DNA of 64,000 nucleotides, taken from the NCBI GenBank assembly GCA_032718475.1, contig JAUCBJ010007042.1:1-64000 (forward strand). Reading direction: 5' to 3'. Positions 24,098 to 36,074 of this stretch are shown here, piece after piece. A model generated the notes under the pieces. That model ran no database searches, was not told the DNA's origin, and saw only the letters and a list, made by a program, of their open reading frames with translations. The position numbers and the translations under genes are program-made. Origin of the DNA: Nemertoderma westbladi. Lineage: Eukaryota > Animalia > Xenacoelomorpha. Within the stretch, counting starts at the first letter, position 1; every line of letters starts with the position of its first letter.

Positions 24098-26040
24098 TCT
24101 TTTATTTATTAATACTTATTTATTTATATTTAATTTTAAATTAATTAATTAAATTCTATTTTTAGATTTACCAATAATTAGTTTTATATATTACCTTCGA
24201 AATGAGCTCATTGACTTTCATATCGTTATACTTAGCCATAGGGTATACAGCTCCCTTACTAATAACTAATTACTCTTATCTATATCCAGACAGCTTTATC
24301 GTTCACCTTTGACCCCCAATAAGCTTTAACCAAGCAACAGGTTATTAATAATAGTTGGATCCAAGCGCCCCGCCCCTCTGGTGACAACCCTGATTACTAA
24401 TTACTCTTACATATAGCCAGCCGTCTGCAGTTCCATAGTCTACCGCTAGAGGGCGTATTATTTGAAAATTAACATCTTCTCTAACTTTGTTATTTACAAT
24501 CCGCTTAGGTTTAAACTCGCTAGGCATCTACTATATCATAGGCTATATCTTTTATGGAGTCGCAGAGTAGTCTTGAAGTTCCACCATCTGCCGCTAGAGG
24601 GTGAAATGTCCCAAAGTGAAAACCTGATCTCATTTGATTGTTTTTAAACCATTTAGGCTGAAACTTGTTAGATATCTACTATGGCATGGGCTATACTTTA
24701 CCGAGGAGGTTGATCGACCCGCAGTTCTCCAGCCTGCCGCTAATGACTCGGATTTAAGACCTGAGGCACTCCTAAAGCCTCGAGTTTTAGGTTTGAGCCA
24801 CAGACTATGCCTCACTGAGGCACAGACTATGCCTCACTGAAATGGACATATGATGCGATGTCCGATGCTAAGTTTTTGAGATACAAACGATCATAACCAA
24901 ATGTCAGTAAGAGATACTTCCAGTAAACTATATATCAGCTTAAAGCTTATTTCATGATCTACAATCCAGTACTAGTCGTTACTGGGGTACACTTCTTTAT
25001 AGTTTTGTGTTTGGAGGAATGAAAAATGCTACATGTTCGTTTTTATAAATTTATTAGGTGTTGTAACGCTCGTTTTTGAAACATAACTTTTTATTGTGAA
25101 ATGTGTTTGTTTCAAGGTAAGTATTTTCCGAAAGATAATTTTATTGGCTAAAAGTTTGCCAAGTAGTTTGTTAACGTCATTGGAAATGTCCATCTTGTAA
25201 CGCCCTTATTTTTTCTCTAACCTTTCTTCCACAAATAGGATTTATTTAATCTAAAGTTTATCTATACCGCTTCTGAAAGCGCTATCTAATGATATACAAG
25301 GTCAACCTTTCACGTTAACCTAATGAGATTGCTAAGCATGTCCACAGTTGTCCTGCATGTAACGGTACGCATTGTAACGCTGTCTCACTTGTAAAGCATG
25401 CACAGAAAGATGTAACGCAAATAAACTGTTGTTACTGATGAGACATAACGCATGTTTAAACAAGGAAATTTATATGAGACAAAGCATTACCGACGAGACA
25501 TACGTTTTTCTTCCATAACTTTTTTACTATTGGTAGAAATTGAATATTAAATTCGAAATCAGCACGCTAATGGCTTTTAAAATATGTATGGTTTGATAGG
25601 GTTTGAGAATATTTTTTTTTTAAATTTTTTAACCTGGAATTTGGCAATTTTTTGCGTAATCAACCCATTATTATTTTTTCATAGCTCTTGGCTGACTCTA
25701 GTGTACACTAGCTTTGACTCTCCCAGCTATAGTGATAGTATGCAACCTTGGGAGTTAATGCGATGTCTTATGAGTAAAGGCCAAGATATTAGACTTCAGG
25801 TTGCCTCTGTTGATTCACTCTTCTTAACTTTATAAAATAACTCAACCCTTATTTAAAGTTTTAAAAATTATGACTTAGTCGAATAATTTTCCAAAGTATA
25901 TTATAAAAAACATATAATTTCTTGAATAAATAGACTCAATAGTAATAAATATTGTGGGTAAATACATTTATAATACTAATATAATTATTATGGATAAATA
26001 GTCCTAATACTAATATGAAAGGAACTCAAACAAACAAATA

Positions 26041-26780
26041 TCAATAGCGTCGTCCTGCGCGGGCATATACTGTACGAGAGTTTTTTATCATAGGTCTTCG
26101 AAAATAAGTAAAAGCTGGTTGATTTACTTTACTTTCATCTTCCTCATTACCCAACTGTTTCTTAATTTTATTCAATTGTTCATTAATTTTCAGTAATTTA
26201 CTTTTGTTTCCCAGAACCTATCTTAATATCTCTTCTCTATTTTCCTCATTTTCTTCCATTTCTTTAATAAATTTCCGCATTTGATTTTTGTTTACTAATA
26301 TTTGCCTCAATATCTGTTCTTTATTTTCATCATTCCACATGTTTAATACGAATGTTTAATAAATTTCTGTAATTTAATTTTACTTCCTAGAACTTGGGTC
26401 AATGTCGCCTCTTTATTTTCTTAATTATTTCCAAGTAATTGTCTCAATATTTCCTCATTATCATCATTTTCATCCTCTTCTTCACTTTCCTGATCTTCAC
26501 TTTCTTCAGCTTCTTCTTCATCACTTTCCTTATTTTATTTCGTCCTCTTCCTGACCTTAACTTTCTTCAACCTCTTTCTGACCTTCACCTTCTTCATCCT
26601 CTTCCCCACCTTTACTTTCTTCATCCTCGTCCTGTTCTTCAATTTCTTCATCCTTTCCATTCTCTTCCTGACCTTCGCTTTCTTCACCCTCTTCTTGACC
26701 TTCACTTTCTTCACCTTCTTCCTGACCTTCACTTTCTTCGTTCTCAACCTCACTCTCTTCAACTTCATCTTCAACTTCAA
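26041..26780 (-). pseudogene. Decayed intronless ORF for a Glu-rich protein with repeated EEILRQ(L/V)LGN motif
   Basis: Minus strand reads VEVEDEVEESEVENEESEGQEEGEESEGQ..., then NEEILRQLLGN, QILRQILVNK, EEILR*VLGNK. Several in-frame stops and frameshifts. Confidence 0.55.
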
Positions 26781-27444
26781 CTAGTGGTGTGGACGATGGA
26801 TCCTAGTGGTGTGGACGATGCATTATAGTGGTGTGGACGATGCATCCTAGTGGTGTGGACGATGCATCATAGTGGTGTGGACGATGCATCCTAGTGGTGT
26901 GGACGATGCATCCTAGTGGAGTGGACGATGCATCCTAGTGGTGTGGACGATGCATCATAGTGGTGTGGACGATGCATCATAGTGGTGTGGACGATGCATC
27001 CTAGTGGTGTGGACGATGTATCCTTGTGGTGTGTACAATGTATCCTAGTGGTGTGGACGATGTATCCTAGTGGTGTGGACGATGCATCCTAGTGGTGTGG
27101 ACAATGGATCCTAGTGGTGTGGACAATGGATCCTAGTGGTGTGGACGATGTATCCTAGTGGTGTGGACGATGCATCATAGTGGTGTGGGTGGACGATGCA
27201 TCATAGTGGTGTGGACGATGGATCCTAGTGGTGTGGACGATGAATCCTAGTGGTGTGGACGATGCATCCTAGAGGTGTGGACGATGTAACATAGTGGTGC
27301 CTGTGTGGACGATGGATCCTAGTGGTATGGACGATGCATCCTAGTGGTGTGGACAATGGATCCTAGTGGTGTGGACGATGCATCCTAGAGGTGTGGACGA
27401 TGTAACATAGTGGTGCCTGTGTGGACGATGGATCCTAGTGGTGT
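26781..27444. repeat. 22-bp tandem array (~30 copies)
   Basis: ctagtggtgtggacgatgcatc with gatgcatc palindrome; ends at an A-run. Confidence 0.95.
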
Positions 27445-28914
27445 AAAAAAAAAAAACATGAAACTTTTGAACGCTCATATCTCAGCTATTTCACAACCAA
27501 ATTCAAATATTTTTACATTTTTGGAATCCTTGCATGGTTAGCTTTCTATTTCTACCAACAAATCGCGATAAGGTTCATGAATAACTGCAGTGTAACTGGT
27601 GAAATATCACTGGAGACACCTTTTTCAAACGCTTGTAGCTAAAGATTGAAAGCAAAGCAAAAATAAAAATTCGGGCTCAGCCAGTAAGGAGGAGGCAGGT
27701 GAAACTAACTCTTGATTATTGAGGCTCTTGGGGCTTTCGTGATAATTGAGGTAAGCGGAGGGGAATACTAGTCACAATTGCCTGGCTCAAATAACATTGG
27801 TTTGTATCAGTTCATGCTGTTTCATAGCCCCCAACGTACGTGAGCTAAATGTTTCCTTATATGTGAGTAAAATTGGTGAAAGTCGGCAAATTAGCGTATT
27901 TCAGTACTATTGTTAGTGACGTGAGTGTGAGCGAATAATTATACATTCCCAAAGAATGTAAACACTGTGCAGTCTCATGTCCACCCGTTGTAATTAGTAT
28001 AAGTCATAACTCTGTGTGGTATTTAAAGCGCAGCACCTGAAAGGAACTGTTGGTATTTCCCTGAAAATAAACATAGTTTTTGGAGATTATATAGTAGAGA
28101 TCAATCGAATAATACAGAGTAACCTACCCCACTCTCGCCGATAGAATTCAGTCTCCCACACACAGTGGGTCATACGCCACGCTAGAGTGGCTTCTACTGT
28201 GGTCATATTTTGTATAGGCTGTCAGACATCATAAGACACGTTAATTAACAGGTTAAACTGTTAAAGGTTTAAAAGCGCGAACATAAACAACCTGTGGTTA
28301 CCTTTATTAAGTTACATAAATTATTATACAATTAATAAATAGAAATAGCTATATTACATAGCGCAGCATTAACAATGTTAATATAAGCACAAATCGCATT
28401 GGTTGCGTTGGTTTTTTCGAGAGGAAACTTTCCTTTTCTCATTTGATACGGCATGTAAAATTGACATTTAGATTGTCATAATGTCAAACATTTTCAAATT
28501 GACATTTTGGCATGTCATAATGTCATTTTCAAATTGACATTTTGATTATGTCGTAATGTCAACATGACATTATGATTATTCTGTATCCTCCACCGTTTCA
28601 CTAACATTACTCACCGTCGTTATAGGAGGGTTATTTTATGATGCCATCACTTGGGGGGGGGGGGGGGGGGGGGGGGGGGGTTGAGCTTGGATTTGGAGTT
28701 GCGATTGGATTTGTGATTGAAAATGACATTTTGACATGTCAAAATGTCAATTTCACATGTCTAAATACCAATTCGATATGCTGCATTAAATTAGAAAAAA
28801 TAAAGTTTGCTCTCGAAAAAAGTACGTTGGCCTCTTTGGGCCACCGTAATTGGGGTTGTCTAGATATTCGGTTTTGTTTAAAAAAAAACACTTTCAACTA
28901 AAAAGCTCAAAACA

Positions 28915-29080
28915 ACAATTATTATGGAACTCAGTAGGTATTGCTTACAATTATTATGGAACTCAGTAGGTATTGCTTACAATTATTATGGAACTCAGTA
29001 GGTATTGCTTACAATTATTATGGAACTCAGTAGGTATTGCTTACAATTATTATGGAACTCAGTAGGTATTGCTTACAATT
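28915..29080. repeat. 32-bp tandem repeat, ~5 copies
   Basis: acaattattatggaactcagtaggtattgctt. Confidence 0.92.
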
Positions 29081-29702
29081 TATTAGCTGTTTAATAATTC
29101 AAAAACGAAAACTTCAGAAACAATCAAAAAGAAAAACCCAAATTATATTCCAACTAAAGTCATATAAAATAGTAATTGGTCGAGACTTCATTGCGATACA
29201 AAATAAATTGTTTATAAATATTATTTTATAATCACAATGAAGAACCACAAACCTCACCAAATAACCCTTAGCTATAACCACGAACTAACCAGACAATGTT
29301 TAAAACTCACCTACCATTATCACCTCAAACTATTTGCTAAATATTTTACCAAAAATTATTCCACTTATTTAGTTATTTAGTTATTTGTTCTGAATATTAT
29401 AAATAATAACAGAAAAATTCGCGATGTGATTAAAAGAGATAAAAATATACCGTCAGATTGAACATTCGAATTTATCTTTATTTGCAAAAATTATCCAATT
29501 TGCAACTGATTATCAACGTGCGTTAATTAATTTACTGTACATTGATAGTATTAATTGTTAATGGTTATATACTTAGGTGAATGAATGGAATGATAGAAAT
29601 CGATTTACGTATGGAGAATAATGAATGACGCGAATTTTTCTTTATTATTTACTTAACGTTAACTACAATTATTACACATTGACTCTCTCTGAAGAAATGT
29701 AA

Positions 29703-30662
29703 TTAACTATCGCCGCCCTTACCTACTGAGTGAGTCGGCATAGGTTGTTCTGGTCCAACTGGAGTCTGCACAGGAACTATTCTAGGAGAGGGATCCTCAT
29801 GGCAACCCGATGACGCATCCTTACTAACGCACCTCTCTCGCACATCCTCCTTGCCGCACGTCCCGTCTCCATGACAACCCGTAGACGCCTCCGATTGGTC
29901 GGACTGACCGTATTGCGGACTCCGGACGCTCTCGTAGACTCCCAGCAGACTGTCCCGCAGGTTGTCCACCGCGTGTACAGTACCGGCCAGCGCGGCCGCC
30001 CACCGCTGCCGTTCCGCCTCGTGCAGCGCCATCTCCCGTTCGACTAGCCGAATCAACTCCGCCGGGCTGCCCTCAGGTATCAATTTCCCAAAGTTGACGC
30101 TACGCGGCGCCCCTCCGTCAAACGGGAGTGGATTCATAGCGCCCTCTAGCGAGTGTAAACGGTAAAACAGGAAGAGATTGAACACCACGAGTACGATGAG
30201 AATGCCGGTGAGTATATGAACGTACGTGGAGGGGACCACAGACTGGGCGGTCTGGAGGGGCCGGAGGGTGGATGCAGACTGGGCCCCCCCGCGGGGGTGG
30301 TGGCTGGGACTGGTCTGCACGGACCCGTCGCCCGCCGTAGACGGGAGTGACGAGGTCTGCGAGCCCGCCAGCGTGTAGTTAACCGCGCGATGTCGTCGTC
30401 GGAGTTTAACGGACGATGAACTCGCAGCCGCCACCACACTCGGCTCCGCGCCCTGCCCAACGTCCACCAACCGACGGCCCAACTCTTTGTAATGCTTCAC
30501 CAACTGGGACGACGCGTTCCTCTCGATAAAGCCCTTGACGAAACCCCAGAGATGCTTTCGGTAGCGAATGTCCAAGGAGACTCGACAGCGGCACTGGTTC
30601 GGGCCCGAAACTCGAGTTAGGCAGTAGCGTATAAGTAAGTAGAAACTATCGGAGTGGGGCAC
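29703..30662 (-). CDS. GRAMD1: GRAMD1/Aster-like terminal exon: end of VASt (StART-like) domain, transmembrane helix, luminal amphipathic/coiled helix
   Basis: [18 protein letters not shown]...[24 protein letters not shown] matches the recalled GRAMD1B VPYHDYFYTINRYTLTRV...[46 protein letters not shown], then LHEAERQRW...VDNLRDSL. Acceptor catacag ends at 30663. Confidence 0.9.
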   Translation of the reverse strand: [319 protein letters not shown]

Positions 30663-33600
30663 CTGTATGGGATTGGTTGTGGGAATATAAACAAGAGTTA
30701 GGCAGTAGCGTATAAGTAAGTAGAAACTATCGGAGTGGGGCACCTGTATGGGATTGGTTGTGGGAATATAAACAAGAGTTAGGCAGTAGCGTATCAGTAA
30801 GTATAAGCTATCGGAGTGGGGCACCTGTAGGTGATTGGTTGAGGGTAGGGATGTGCCGGACTGACCTTTTTCAAACCGGCCAGACCGGAACCGGATTTGT
30901 AAAAAAAATCCGGCCGGAATTCCGGCCAAAGCCGGATTTTTTTATATATCGCCATAACCATTTGCACCATAACCTACGCCGATTTGATATTTGCTAATAT
31001 GATATAGGCCTAATGGGGCCTAATGGATTGATTTGATGTTGTTAAATGTAAAATATGAAAACGAAATGAAATAAAGTGCAAATTGAAAAATATAACGAAG
31101 TAATAATAGCTGTAGTTTTTTTTATAATCTCTGAATTAAATGGGATTTACTAGAATTTCTAAATTGCCTGTCGAATAAACTGGTCATTCACGGCGGTAAG
31201 CTTAATATCAATTTATAACAAACTTAGCTAGACCTAACATCAACGCTTGCGCGCTGGGACAATAGAATAATTATTGGCTAGTTATAATTAGTATACGGTC
31301 TGGGCATATTTGTACTAATTTATTAAGTGTTAGTGGGGCTGAGCCCAACCAAATACAAATATTCTTGGCAAAAAAGTAGTCAGTCAGCTCAGCATGTCGA
31401 TTGTATCGATAGTCATAAAATTATAGCTCTGCTTTAGACTTTATCATAATTCATAACATGAATAATGAAGATGATACAAACTATGAAAAATAATGTATTT
31501 TATTCCATTGTATTTGCTTATGTTTAAATTTGTTTGAATTTGAAAGAAAATGTATTTTATGTTTTTTTGGAAAATTTATATAATTGTAAATTTTGTTAAC
31601 AATTTGTTGAAATGGAAATCCGGCAGGAGCCGGATTTTTTTCTCAAAATCCGGCCGGAATTCCGGCCCGGCCGGATATCCGGTAAACCCCTAGTTGAGGG
31701 AATATAAACAAGAGTTAGGCAGTAGCGTATCAGGATATCCGGTAAACCCCTAGTTGAGGGAATATAAACAAGAGTTAGGCAGTAGCGTATCAGTAAGTAG
31801 TATCGGAGTGGGGAACCTGTAGGGATTGGTTGAGGGAATATAAACAAGAGTTAGGCTGTAGCGTATGGCACCTGTAGGGATTTGTTGAGGGAATATAATC
31901 AAGAGTTAGGCAGTAGCGTATCAGTAAGTAGAAGCTGTCGGAGTGGGGCACCTGTAGGGATTGGTTGAGGGAATATAAACAAGAGTTAGGCTGTAGCGTA
32001 TGGCACCTGTAGGGATTTGTTGAGGGAATATAATCAAGAGTTAGGCAGTAGCGTATCAGTAAGTAGAAGCTGTCGGAGTGGGGCACCTGTAGGGATTGGT
32101 TGAGGGAATATAAACAAGAGTTAGGCTGTAGCGTATGGCACCTGTAGGGATTTGTTGAGGGAATATAATCAAGAGTTAGGCAGTAGCGTATCAGTAAGTA
32201 GAAGCTGTCGGAGTGGGGCACCTGTAGGGATTGGTTGAGGGAATATAAACAAGAGTTAGGCTGTAGCGTATGGCACCTGTAGGGATTGGTTGTGGGAGTA
32301 TAAACAGCGGTTAGGCACTAGCGTATCAGTAAGTATAAGCTATCGGAGTGGGGCACCTGTAGGGATTGGTTGAGGGAATATAAACAAGAGTTAGGCTGTA
32401 GCGTATGGCACCTGTAGGGATTGGTTGAGGGAGTATAAATAAGAGTTAGGCAGAAGCGTATCAGTAAGTAGAAGCTGTCGGAGTGGGGCATCTTTACGGA
32501 TTGGTTGAGTGAGTATAAACAGGGGTTAGGCACTAGCGTATCAGTAAGTAGAAGCTGTCGGAGTGGGGCCTCTTTACGGATTGGTTGTGGGAGTATAAAC
32601 AGGGGTTAGGCACTAGCGTATCAGTAAGTATAAGCTATCGGAGTGGGGCACCTGTAGGGATTGGTTGAGGGAATATAAACAAGAGTTAGGCTGTAGCGTA
32701 TGGCACCTGTAGGGATTGGTTGAGGGAGTATAAATAAGAGTTAGGCAGTAGCGTATCAGTAAGTATAAGCTGTCGGAGTGGGGCATCTTTACGGATTGGT
32801 TGAGGGAGTATAAACAGGGGTTAGGCACTAGCGTATCAGTAAGTATAAGCTATCGGAGTGGGGCACCTGTAGGGATTGGTTGAGGGAATATAAACAAGAG
32901 TTAGGCTGTAGCGTATGGCACCTGTAGGGATTGGTTGAGGGAGTATAAATAAGAGTTAGGCAGAAGCGTATCAGTAAGTATAAGCTGTCGGAGTGGGGCA
33001 CCTGTAGGGATTGGTTGAGGGAATATAAACAAGAGTTAGGCTGTAGCGTATCAGTAAGTAGAAGCTGTCGGAGTGGGGCACCTGTAGGGATTGGTTGAGG
33101 GAGTATAATCAAGAGTTAGGTTGTAGCGTATGGCACCTGTAGGGATTGGTTGAGGGAGTATAATCAAGAGTTAGGCAGTAGTGTATCAGTAAGTATAAGC
33201 TATCGGAGTGGGGCACCTGTAGGGATTGTTTGAGGGAATATAAACAAGAGTTAGGTTGTAGCGTATGGCACCTGTAGGGATTGGTTGATGGAGTATAAAT
33301 AAGAGTTAGGCAGTAGCGTATAAGTAAGTAGAAGCTATCGGAGTGGGGCACCTGTAGGGATTGGTTGAGGGAATATAAACAAGAGTTAGGTTGTAGCGTA
33401 TGGCACCTGTAGGGATTGGTTGATGGAGTATAAATAAGAGTTAGGCAGTAGCGTATCAGTAAGTAGAAGCTGTCGGAGTGGGGCACCTGTAGGGATTGGT
33501 TGAGGGAGTATAATCAAGAGTTAGGCAGTAGCGTATCAGTAAGTATAAGCTGTCGGAGTGGGGCATCTTTACGGATTGGTTGAGGGAGTATAAATAAGAG

Positions 33601-35003
33601 TTAGGCAGTAGCGTATCAGTAAGTAGAAGCTGTCGGAGTGGGGCACCTGTAGGGATTGGTTGAGGGAGTATAATCAAGAGTTAGGCAGTAGCGTATCAGT
33701 AAGTATAAGCTGTCGGAGTGGGGCACCTGTAGGGATTGGTTGAGGGAGTATAATCAAGAGTTAGGCAGTAGCGTATCAGTAAGTATAAGCTGTCGGAGTG
33801 GGGCATCTTTACGGATTGGTTGAGGGAGTATAAATAAGAGTTAGGCAGTAGCGTATCAGTAAGTATAAGCTATCGGAGTGGGGCACCTGTAGGGATTGGT
33901 TGAGGGAATATAAACAAGAGTTAGGTTGTAGCGTATGGCACCTGTAGGGATTGGTTGAGGGAGTATAAATAAGAGTTAGGCAGTAGCGTATCAGTAAGTA
34001 TAAGCTGTCGGAGTGGGGCATCTTTACGGATTGGTTGTGGGAGTATAATCAAGAGTTAGGTTGTAGCGTATGGCACCTGTAGGGATTGGTTGAGGGAGTA
34101 TAAACAGCGGTTAGGCACTAGCGTATCAGTAAGTAGAAGCTGTCGGAGTGGGGCATCTTTACGGATTGGTTGTGGGAGTATAATCAAGAGTTAGGTTGTA
34201 GCGTATGGCACCTGTAGGGATTGGTTGTGGGAGTATAAACAGCGGTTAGGCACTAGCGTATCAGTAAGTAGAAGCTGTCGGAGTGGGGCATCTTTACGGA
34301 TTGGTTGTGGGAGTATAATCAAGAGTTAGGTTGTAGCGTATGGCACCTGTAGGGATTGGTTGTGGGAGTATAAACAGCGGTTAGGCACTAGCGTATCAGT
34401 AAGTAGAAGCTGTCGGAGTGGGGCATCTTTACGGATTGGTTGTGGGAGTATAATCAAGAGTTAGGTTGTAGCGTATGGCACCTGTAGGGATTGGTTGATG
34501 GAGTATAAATAAGAGTTAGGCAGTAGCGTATCAGTAAGTAGAAGCTGTCGGAGTGGGGCACCTGTAGGGATTGGTTGAGGGAATATAAACAAGAGTTAGG
34601 TTGTAGCGTATGGCACCTGTAGGGATTGGTTGAGGGAGTATAAATAAGAGTTAGGCAGTAGCGTATCAGTAAGTAGAAGCTGTCGGAGTGGGGCACCTGT
34701 AGGGATTGGTTGAGGGAGTATAAACAAGAGTTAGGTTGTAGCGTATGGCACCTGTAGGGATTGGTTGAGGGAGTATAAATAAGAGTTAGGCAGTAGCGTA
34801 TCAGTAAGTATAAGCTGTCGGAGTGGGGCATCTTTACGGATTGGTTGTGGGAGTATAATCAAGAGTTAGGCTGTAGCGTATGGCACCTGTAGGGATTGGT
34901 TGTGGGAGTATAAACAGCGGTTAGGCACTAGCGTATCAGTAAGTATAAGCCATCGGAGTGGGGCCTCTTTACGGATTGGTTGTGGGAGTATAAACAAGAG
35001 TTA
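30614..35003 (-). repeat. 80/81-bp and 55-bp tandem array made of the GRAMD1 3' splice site plus exon start, filling the last intron
   Basis: Minus-strand unit ttgtttatattccctcaaccaatccctacag|gtgccccactccgacagcttctacttactgatacgctactgcctaactc (encodes [16 protein letters not shown]). A 55-bp internal-deletion variant often alternates, giving a 135-bp period. Confidence 0.95.
30846..31692. mobile_element. hAT-superfamily MITE inserted in the array
   Basis: Termini tagggatgtgccgga / tccggtaaaccccta. 8-bp TSD gttgaggg (30838-30845, 31693-31700). Subterminal ccggaattccgg repeats, AT-rich noncoding interior. Confidence 0.85.
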
Positions 35004-35028
35004 ATATAATTTGATAATAAATACTAAC

Positions 35029-35221
35029 ATGTGAGTTGACAACTTCACAATCTATGACAAACATAACTCCAGTTTTACTATAGGAATAACAGATCTGTGT
35101 TTCTGTTGTGTCTGTGAACTTTGGTCCGATAGTAATGTCTAGCGGACACGTATACTTCAGTGTCCGGGCCAGATTACCGTCGGAGGTAGAATGGAATGGC
35201 ACCGGATTGTAACTGGTAATC
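35029..35221 (-). CDS. GRAMD1: GRAMD1/Aster-like exon, VASt domain (ITSYNPVPF...ARTLKYTCPLDITIGPKFTDTTETQICY...FVIDCEVVNSH)
   Basis: tttgtttag acceptor, CAT|GTTAGT donor, phase 0 join to VPHSD. Matches the recalled GRAMD1 SRVILYTITLTNPLAPKTATVRETQ...YVIDAEVLTH. Confidence 0.88.
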
Positions 35222-35389
35222 CTAAACAAATTAAATTTACTAAATAAATACAATAAATAAACTCGTATCATCGTATGATTATAATCAACACTCAGCCGAC
35301 TTCCACTACTTCTGATAATAACTTCGACAACTACATGTCTCGCACTGTGTTTGCACAAATCACATAAACTGATACACCACCGAAAATAT

Positions 35390-35616
35390 AATCAATATCA
35401 ATCAAACAGCATGCCGAAGTCGGAGACGAACCGAAGACTCTACCCGAAGGTCGGGGTGGGCGCTACTCCTATCACAAGTTTTGCTCCCAGTTATTTGAGT
35501 GGTTCTCATTTTATCCATCCCAGGGGATGAAAGGCTGGCTGAGTGGACCCTGCGGGGGCTCGAACCTACAACCAATAGATTGCACTCCCGGCGCTCAACC
35601 AACTGAGCTACCTGCC
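35390..35616 (-). mobile_element. tRNA-derived SINE
   Basis: Box A tagctcagttgg and box B ggttcgagccc, followed by ccactcagcc..tttcatccc..ggataaaatgag, which resembles a conserved central domain of widespread metazoan SINEs (family uncertain). (ttga)-like tail. Confidence 0.75.
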
Positions 35617-36074
35617 AGCCTCCTTATAAACGTTAGATTTTCATTACGGGATAGGTATGCCGAGTGAGAAATAATTTAGAAAACTACAAACTAATTACAA
35701 ACAAAGTTATATCCCGAGAAATAAGAAATAAATATTATTATTTGCTGGTTATGATTGAGGTTGGAAGATAGTGAGTGGAACGGTGCGGTGAAGTTCAAAC
35801 AAAGTCAATTAAGATTCCAATTCAGATGGAACTATATTGGGGAATTATTCCTGCCACACCCAGTACCTCACGTGTTTAATAGAGATACAAGCAGCCTCGT
35901 GTAAGTTAATATTATCTAACGTGCATAGCTAGGCAGTTGCTATTATACGTAGCAGGCAGTAATTATATTATGGCGAATGTAAGTAAGTAATTGCGATAGG
36001 AGACAGCAAGTCTGCGGCGAAACACACAAGGCTCGACTCGACTCCAATATGTATTGTATATGTGTGCGTGCATG

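Noticed and set aside
26439-26828. F/L/H-rich (+) and K/V/R-rich (-) ORFs from the track
   Set aside because: Off-frame and antisense readings of the Glu-rich pseudogene.
30663-30929. N-terminus of the 408-aa ORF as real protein
   Set aside because: The start lies in the MITE and the ORF runs through repeat copies; the true exon begins at the acceptor at 30662.
31596-34831. Many short ORFs with [15 protein letters not shown] as tandem alternative exons
   Set aside because: Copies hold only 16 codons of the exon start, lack a convincing donor, and are 80/55 nt, so they frameshift.
35545-35616. Functional tRNA gene
   Set aside because: A and B boxes are present but the anticodon and acceptor stems pair poorly, and it continues into a SINE body.
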